Source: an uncultured Acidobacteriota bacterium (lineage in GTDB: Bacteria > Acidobacteriota > UBA6911). From it: a stretch of DNA of 64,000 nucleotides. The notes beneath the pieces are model-generated. The model made no database searches. It was not told where the DNA came from and saw only the letters and a list, made by a program, of their open reading frames with translations. Made by a program: the position numbers and the translations under genes. The stretch spans positions 32,001 through 96,000 of the forward strand of contig CAWEJX010000012.1 of the NCBI GenBank assembly GCA_963809485.1. Direction: 5' to 3'. Positions 58,810 through 64,000 of this stretch are shown here, piece by piece. Within the stretch, counting starts at the first letter, position 1. The number at the start of each line of letters is the position of its first letter.

Positions 58810-59863
58810 TTATTCAATCACCCTGGTAATAGAGCCATTCCCAAAGGTTGGAATAAAGCATGAATGCTTTCCCGGTCCACCCAAAACCATTACGACAAAG
58901 TCATCCTTATGGGCGATCGGCATCCATTCACAGTCTGTAAATTCACCATACTTTTCAGGGAATTTTCTCCTGTACTGGAGATTTTCTTCAGACAAACTCT
59001 TTTTAGAGAAGCGAGCATTTTCAAAAAGAAATTCCCTAATCTGCTCCTTTGAAAATCCGTCTTTGGCGATCGCCGCTGCATGTTCCGGGCACAGCATCAA
59101 GACAGGTTCGCCGGTGAAAAAAAGCGCATTGTTGCTGCCCGGTTGAGCCATAGTAGCGGCAATGGTCCTCAATAAGTCTTTGCCAAGGACACTGTTATGT
59201 TCATTGATATTGTGGGGGCCTTCCGCAGCAAACACAGTGACCGTGCTATCCCCGGCTTTGAAAGCCTCTCTCAACATGGAAAGGCTGCCACGGACTTTCC
59301 TCTTCGTTTTCGGCAACGCAGTAGGTGTATTTTCCAGGCTGACCCTGCGTGGACTTGTCGATCTCGCCCGGCATGGCCCCTCCGATGTTGATCAGGATCA
59401 ACCTGACGGCGCGGCCTATGGTTGCATTGGCTCTGACTCCAGGTCCGAATGCATTGCCTTTGCCGTTCAATCCTATTCTTTGCGCGATGGGACCGTTGAC
59501 CACGATCAAGGGACTGCAGGGATGCGTTGTTGATTGCACGCCCCGGAGCCCGAATTTCTCATCAGACATCGCCTTCAGGGCAGCGACAATCACCGGCAAA
59601 TACTCGGGCAGGCATCCAGCCATCACGGCATTGATGGCAGTCTTTTCCAGCGTGGCGGCTCCCATCCTTGGAGGAAGGATCGCCACAACTTCCTGCGGAT
59701 CCCCATTGCCGATAGCGGACAGCATTCTGCGTACCCGCTCCTCCGTGGGTGCGATGATCGGCAGGCCGTCGCTCCAGCCAAACTTGATGAAGGCGTTGTT
59801 TACAGCGTCTTCACAATTCTCAACGCGAACTTTTTTCGATACCAGCCTGCGGACGTTTTCCAC
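58810..59863 (-). CDS. Stand-alone C-terminal domain of the large UGSC proteins (+1 frameshift near 59255)
   Basis: GWSDGLPIIAPT, AINAVMAGC, RANATIGRA, QPGKY, ENEEESPW, GGPG. Confidence 0.85.
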
Positions 59864-59884
59864 CGGAGATCACCTCTGCATGAA

Positions 59885-60763
59885 TCAGGCGCTCAATCCG
59901 AGCAGTTTGGCCGGATTTTTCTTGGCCATCAGGGTAATTTCTTCCTCGCCTATGCCATATTTAATCAAAGTGACTATAAACATTCTCATGCCTTCGACAG
60001 GCAGCGGGTTCCATATTTGCCCGAGATCCGTCGACATAATGCACTTTTCGGCGCCCACTGCCTTGATTACGTCCACCATCTCGGCGGGATCATGTCTGAA
60101 CTCGGATGCCTGGAAGGCCAGGAAGGTGCACTCGATAAAAGCGCCGTTCTTTGCCAGCTGAATCAGATCCTGCTTGGTGAAAGCCTCGGAAAAAAACTCG
60201 TGATCCAGAGGATGCGTGACCACAAATTTATCGATGCCCAATCTGCGGGCTTCCGCTTCCAGGGCAAACGTCTCGGTCGGCGACATGTGCCCGCTTGCCA
60301 GAACCATATCGTGTTTCTTGATGATCGGGAGCATCGGACCGATCTCCGGCACCAGGCGCCCCTTGCTATCCAGGATCGAGTACCCCTCTCCTTTAAGGGG
60401 AAGCCCGAGTCCTCTCATTTTGGAAATGGAGTTGGTGGATGAGAATGTCGGCATCCAGACCACGCGCGCCCCTGCTCTCGCGGAATATTCGACCGCATAC
60501 ACATTCAATCCGCCCATTTCATAGTCCAGGCAGACGCTGCCAAATGCGGTGAAATCAGGAACCAGCTGGTTCACCATCATCGCTATTGGAGCGGACGGGT
60601 AGAAGTGGTTTTTTATGACGAAGGCTTTCATCCCGGCCTGCTTCGCCTGATTGGCAGCTTCCAGTGCATCCACCCGGCATTTGAAGGCGTCGGGGCCGGG
60701 ATGAAAATGCATATCGATGGATCCTGACAGCAATTCGTCATAGTCAATGATCTTCATGGCCAT
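59885..60763 (-). CDS. DUF6282-like amidohydrolase-fold metalloprotein
   Basis: IDMHFHPGPD, IKNH, LASGH, VTHP, STDLGQ, NPAKLLGL. Confidence 0.8.
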   Translation of the reverse strand: MAMKIIDYDELLSGSIDMHFHPGPDAFKCRVDALEAANQAKQAGMKAFVIKNHFYPSAPIAMMVNQLVPDFTAFGSVCLDYEMGGLNVYAVEYSARAGARVVWMPTFSSTNSISKMRGLGLPLKGEGYSILDSKGRLVPEIGPMLPIIKKHDMVLASGHMSPTETFALEAEARRLGIDKFVVTHPLDHEFFSEAFTKQDLIQLAKNGAFIECTFLAFQASEFRHDPAEMVDVIKAVGAEKCIMSTDLGQIWNPLPVEGMRMFIVTLIKYGIGEEEITLMAKKNPAKLLGLSA

Positions 60764-60774
60764 GTGTGCTCTCC

Positions 60775-61318
60775 CTATCGCGTGCCGACAAGCACCGCGA
60801 CTATGGTATCAACAGCATTTTCAGCCTTTTTTCGCACTTCCTCCGGGGTAACGCCTGCAAGGGGATGCGGAATCGTAACCAGGCGCGGAGCCGATATCCC
60901 CCTGGCCATGTGAAACTGATTTGGCCAACGACAGGAATGCATCGCTGCAAATGATGGCCGTCGGAATCCCTCTCTTTTCCAATTCTGTCGAATCGTGGAT
61001 ACTCCACGATGTGCAGGAACCTCAATCGCAGATCCCATAAACAATGGCGTCACATTTGGGCGCAAGCTGCTTCATCTCTTCCGGAGTCAGGGGAACCGTC
61101 GCGCCGGTCCCTCCTTTTTTAATGTGGACAATCTCCGCAAATTGAAATTTTTGACGGAGTGCTGCTTCCACATGATCCAAAAAAATATCGAAGTTGGGTT
61201 TGCGGTTATCCACCAAGCCGATGACCTTGCCATTCAGGTCATCCAGACACATTGCGATGTGTTCTTGTTTTACAGTCGTGGTTGCAGTCGGATCCAATAC
61301 TTCGATATATTCTTTCAC
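60775..61318 (-). CDS. Small UGSC selenoprotein (Sec TGA at 61022-61024; +1 frameshift near 60912)
   Basis: CDAIVYGICD-TGA-GSCTSWSIHDSTELEKRGIPTAII ... PRLVTIPHPLAG. Confidence 0.88.
60981..61021 (-). promoter_or_regulatory. Bacterial SECIS-like element
   Basis: ATCGTGGA-GTA-TCCACGAT 8-bp stem; loop begins with G, 19 nt after the TGA. Confidence 0.8.
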
Positions 61319-61353
61319 TCTATTCGCCCTGAAATGTCGGAATTCCAAAAACT

Positions 61354-62274
61354 CTACAGTTGATCCATCAGCCTTTGTATCGCGATTGCTGCCGTCGCGC
61401 CATCTCCTACTGCAGTGACTATCTGTCCCCGGGAATTGCTTCGGATGTCACCCGCCGCGAAAATATTGGGGAGGTTTGTTTGCATCATTTCATTCACCAG
61501 AATGCGTCCCTGGTTGTCGAGTGACAGTAGATTTCTGATAAAGCCGGTGTTCGGATCGGTTCCCACGGCGATCAGGACGCCATCGATACTGAGGGTTTCG
61601 GTCTTTTGTGTCGCCCTGTCGTAAATCTCAACCGCTTCAACCTTGCCGCTACCTGATATCTTGACCAGCTCTGCGCCGCATCGAAGCTCGATCTTGCTAT
61701 TGGAACTAATCCTTTCCTTGAGAACCGCGGAAGCGGAAATCGTCCCTTCGACCTCGATCAGATACACTTTGGCTGCGATCCTGGCCAGGTAGAGAGCCTC
61801 GGTGACGCCCCTGTCTCCGGCGCCGCATACAACCACTGTCTTATCGTGAAACTGACCGCCGTCACAAAGAGCGCAATCAAATACGCCCTTCTCCTCCAGT
61901 TCCCGCTCCCCGGGTATATTCAGTTTCCTGGGACGGCAGCCGCTGGCAATTATCAGCACTTTAGCCGTGAAGTATCTCCCGTCGGTCAGCTGCACGCAGG
62001 TCGATTCGGAATACGATTCGATCCCGGCGACCTCGGCCATTTCCATCTGCAGGCCCGAGTTGACGGCCTGGATCGTCATTTCCGAAGCCAGCTGGGGCCC
62101 TGCGACGCCGTCACTGAATCCGGGATAATTCTCGATCCAGTCGGCATTCTTAATGCTGCCGCCAAAACCATCCTTATCAACCAGCAGGGTCCGATACTTG
62201 CCCCGGCTCAAATAGAGGCCGGCCGTAAGCCCCGCAGGGCCTCCACCAATTATTATGGCATCAAAGTCCCACAT
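61354..62274 (-). CDS. Thioredoxin reductase-like flavoprotein with non-canonical NAD(P)H site
   Basis: IIGGGPAG, IENYPGF, CALCDG, FAAGD; GAGDRG and IEVEG instead of GGGxxA and HRR. Confidence 0.92.
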   Translation of the reverse strand: MWDFDAIIIGGGPAGLTAGLYLSRGKYRTLLVDKDGFGGSIKNADWIENYPGFSDGVAGPQLASEMTIQAVNSGLQMEMAEVAGIESYSESTCVQLTDGRYFTAKVLIIASGCRPRKLNIPGERELEEKGVFDCALCDGGQFHDKTVVVCGAGDRGVTEALYLARIAAKVYLIEVEGTISASAVLKERISSNSKIELRCGAELVKISGSGKVEAVEIYDRATQKTETLSIDGVLIAVGTDPNTGFIRNLLSLDNQGRILVNEMMQTNLPNIFAAGDIRSNSRGQIVTAVGDGATAAIAIQRLMDQL

Positions 62275-62461
62275 CGATTCCTCCTCTCGGTCTTGCGCAT
62301 GCCGGAGGATGGCCGGACAATTGGAACTCCCAAGTGACGGGAGTATGCCTCAGGCGGAGGAGCTGATCCCTGATCAGGATGCACCCCGCTGAGCCAATCG
62401 GATCATTTACCCGAAGCTATTGACAAAAATCATAAACTACTTTATATCTAACCTACATTAT

Positions 62462-62475
62462 GTACGTATACGTAC
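62462..62475. promoter_or_regulatory. Perfect 14-bp palindrome GTACGTATACGTAC, operator candidate
   Basis: In the AT-rich divergent promoter region, downstream of TTGACA at 62420. Confidence 0.7.
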
Positions 62476-62716
62476 TAGGGTACGAATAATTTTTTCTTAT
62501 CATACGTAAAGCTTGGTTTAAAATCAAAATAAAAGGAAAATGAAGGTCAGGTCGCGCATCCGCTGAACCAATGATCTTGTTTTCGAGAATGTTTTCCGCA
62601 GCCGGGCATCCTGGGAGCCTGGACGGTTTCAATGCATTTATGAATGGAATCAATTCCAAAACCAACAACTGGAAAGATACCGTGATTCTCGACTGGCGGG
62701 ATAAGGTGGCTGGGGG

Positions 62717-62960
62717 ATGGAACCGATCAATGAAGCCTCCATGGGGATGGCTTCGGTCCCCTGCTTCGATAGCGGGCTGATTTATGCCACGACGGACAAG
62801 TACTATCACGGGTGCAACGGCGGTATGCTGAGACAGCCGGTGCCGGGATTGTATGATTATCAGAAACCGAGGATTCGGGCATCTTTAACAGCCGGGGGAA
62901 TGACTCCGCGATAAGCTCAAGAAGAAAAGTTCTACGTAGGCAGGACCAATTATGCCGGAG
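62717..62960 (+). pseudogene. C-terminal remnant of a fourth DHDPS-like paralogue
   Basis: DKYYHGCNGGMLRQP..LYDYQKPRIRA...TPR*AQEEKFYVG matches the C-termini of the three intact paralogues. Confidence 0.75.
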
Positions 62961-63011
62961 GAGCGAGGTAAGGAACCAGGGTTCAATAAAACGTGGAGGG
63001 CGGAATAGAGA

Positions 63012-64000
63012 ATGGAATTTTCCAAGCATGATGCCAAGGACTGGGCAAAACAGAATCTGAAAGGACTGGAAGCAGTAATTTTCCCGTCATTTACACCGGA
63101 TTTGAAAGAACTCGACGAAGAGGGCGTTCGATACGATGTAAATCATCTTATTGCCAACGGTTTTACATCTGCATTGGTCGCGCCGGAAACCTGCGGAATG
63201 ACTTTTGAAGAGCGAAAAAGGCTTGTCGAAATAGTGTGCGACGAAGCAAAGGGGAAAATACACACGTCGGTCGCTGTGATGCAGGATAGCGTCGAAGAAG
63301 ATATCGAGATGCTGCAGCATATCGAAAAAGTCGGAGGAACCTTTGCCTTGCTCGGCCACCCGGTACAGTACCATCCCCGGTCGGTCGAGGATATTTTCGG
63401 GATGTATAAACACATGTGCGATTCGACAAATATCGCGATAGTGTTTTACGCCGGTCGACTCCATACCAGGAAATTTCATCCGAGCTGTTTTCCTCCCGAG
63501 CTCCTGCCACGGATAGCCGATATCCCTAATGTTGTAGCCATGAAAGTCGGCGGAGGGAGTTCGATGGCAATCACGGTGATGTCTTTTCGTCTGTGCGGCG
63601 ATAAAATCCTGGTCAACGACCCGACGCCCGACAGGTGGTTTGTTACCGTGCCCCAATACGGTCAGCAATGGGCAGGCGCCGCGCCTTTTTACGCAATGCA
63701 AACTCCCGAAAGACCGCGTATGGTTAATATGTTTAATCTGCTGGTGAAGGGTGAAATAGATAAAGCAATGGATATTTACTGGGAGGCGGCTTCTCCTGCA
63801 GAAGGCGGAGAAGAACCGGCCGGCTCCTATTTTCATTCGGGTGTTGTTACCGCTTTGAGCGATAAATATTCACACTGGTGCAACGGGGGCAACGGCGGTA
63901 CCGTCCGGCAACCTACAGGCCGGCTCCACGACTACCAGAAAGAGAGGATAAGGGCAGGGCTGAGAGCGCTGGGATTTACTCCTCGTGAACCCGAAGAGGA
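63012..64000 (+). CDS. DHDPS-like class I aldolase/lyase, runs off the window (absent from the ORF track)
   Basis: MEFSKHDAKDWAKQNLKGLEAVIFPSFTPDL...IPNVVAMK; very similar to 57697..58743. Confidence 0.88.
   Translation, partial: MEFSKHDAKDWAKQNLKGLEAVIFPSFTPDLKELDEEGVRYDVNHLIANGFTSALVAPETCGMTFEERKRLVEIVCDEAKGKIHTSVAVMQDSVEEDIEMLQHIEKVGGTFALLGHPVQYHPRSVEDIFGMYKHMCDSTNIAIVFYAGRLHTRKFHPSCFPPELLPRIADIPNVVAMKVGGGSSMAITVMSFRLCGDKILVNDPTPDRWFVTVPQYGQQWAGAAPFYAMQTPERPRMVNMFNLLVKGEIDKAMDIYWEAASPAEGGEEPAGSYFHSGVVTALSDKYSHWCNGGNGGTVRQPTGRLHDYQKERIRAGLRALGFTPREPEE

Overview
Accessory, catabolic-looking region from a probably anaerobic bacterium. (1) 1-10.6 kb: right part of a tyrosine-integrase element (xis/int, hybrid sensor kinase, diguanylate cyclase, PilZ, HNH, decayed VirD4-like gene) ending at a truncated tRNA-Arg(ACG) 5' half that keeps its own promoter. 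(2) 11-43 kb: many, often exported, esterases/hydrolases, a flavin oxidoreductase, a glycyl-radical activase with two tandem glycyl-radical enzymes carrying an atypical CxD Cys loop, and a 1.9-kb duplicated gene. (3) 43-64 kb: a MarR-flanked cluster with a non-canonical thioredoxin reductase, a DUF6282-like metallohydrolase, three DHDPS-like aldolases plus a remnant, two pairs of class III CoA-transferases and a MaoC-type hydratase. The main hidden signal is that the ORF track splits four genes at an in-frame TGA lying in a (D/G)-U-G-S-C motif, each followed by a SECIS-like hairpin. These are UGSC-family selenoproteins resembling GrdB/PrdB; two have signal peptides. Two paralogues lacking Sec/Cys and one stand-alone C-terminal domain lie in the same cluster, and a shared GTACGTATACGTAC palindrome recurs across it. 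About twelve +1 frameshifts look like sequencing errors. All calls come from reading the sequence and recalled motifs; no searches were run.
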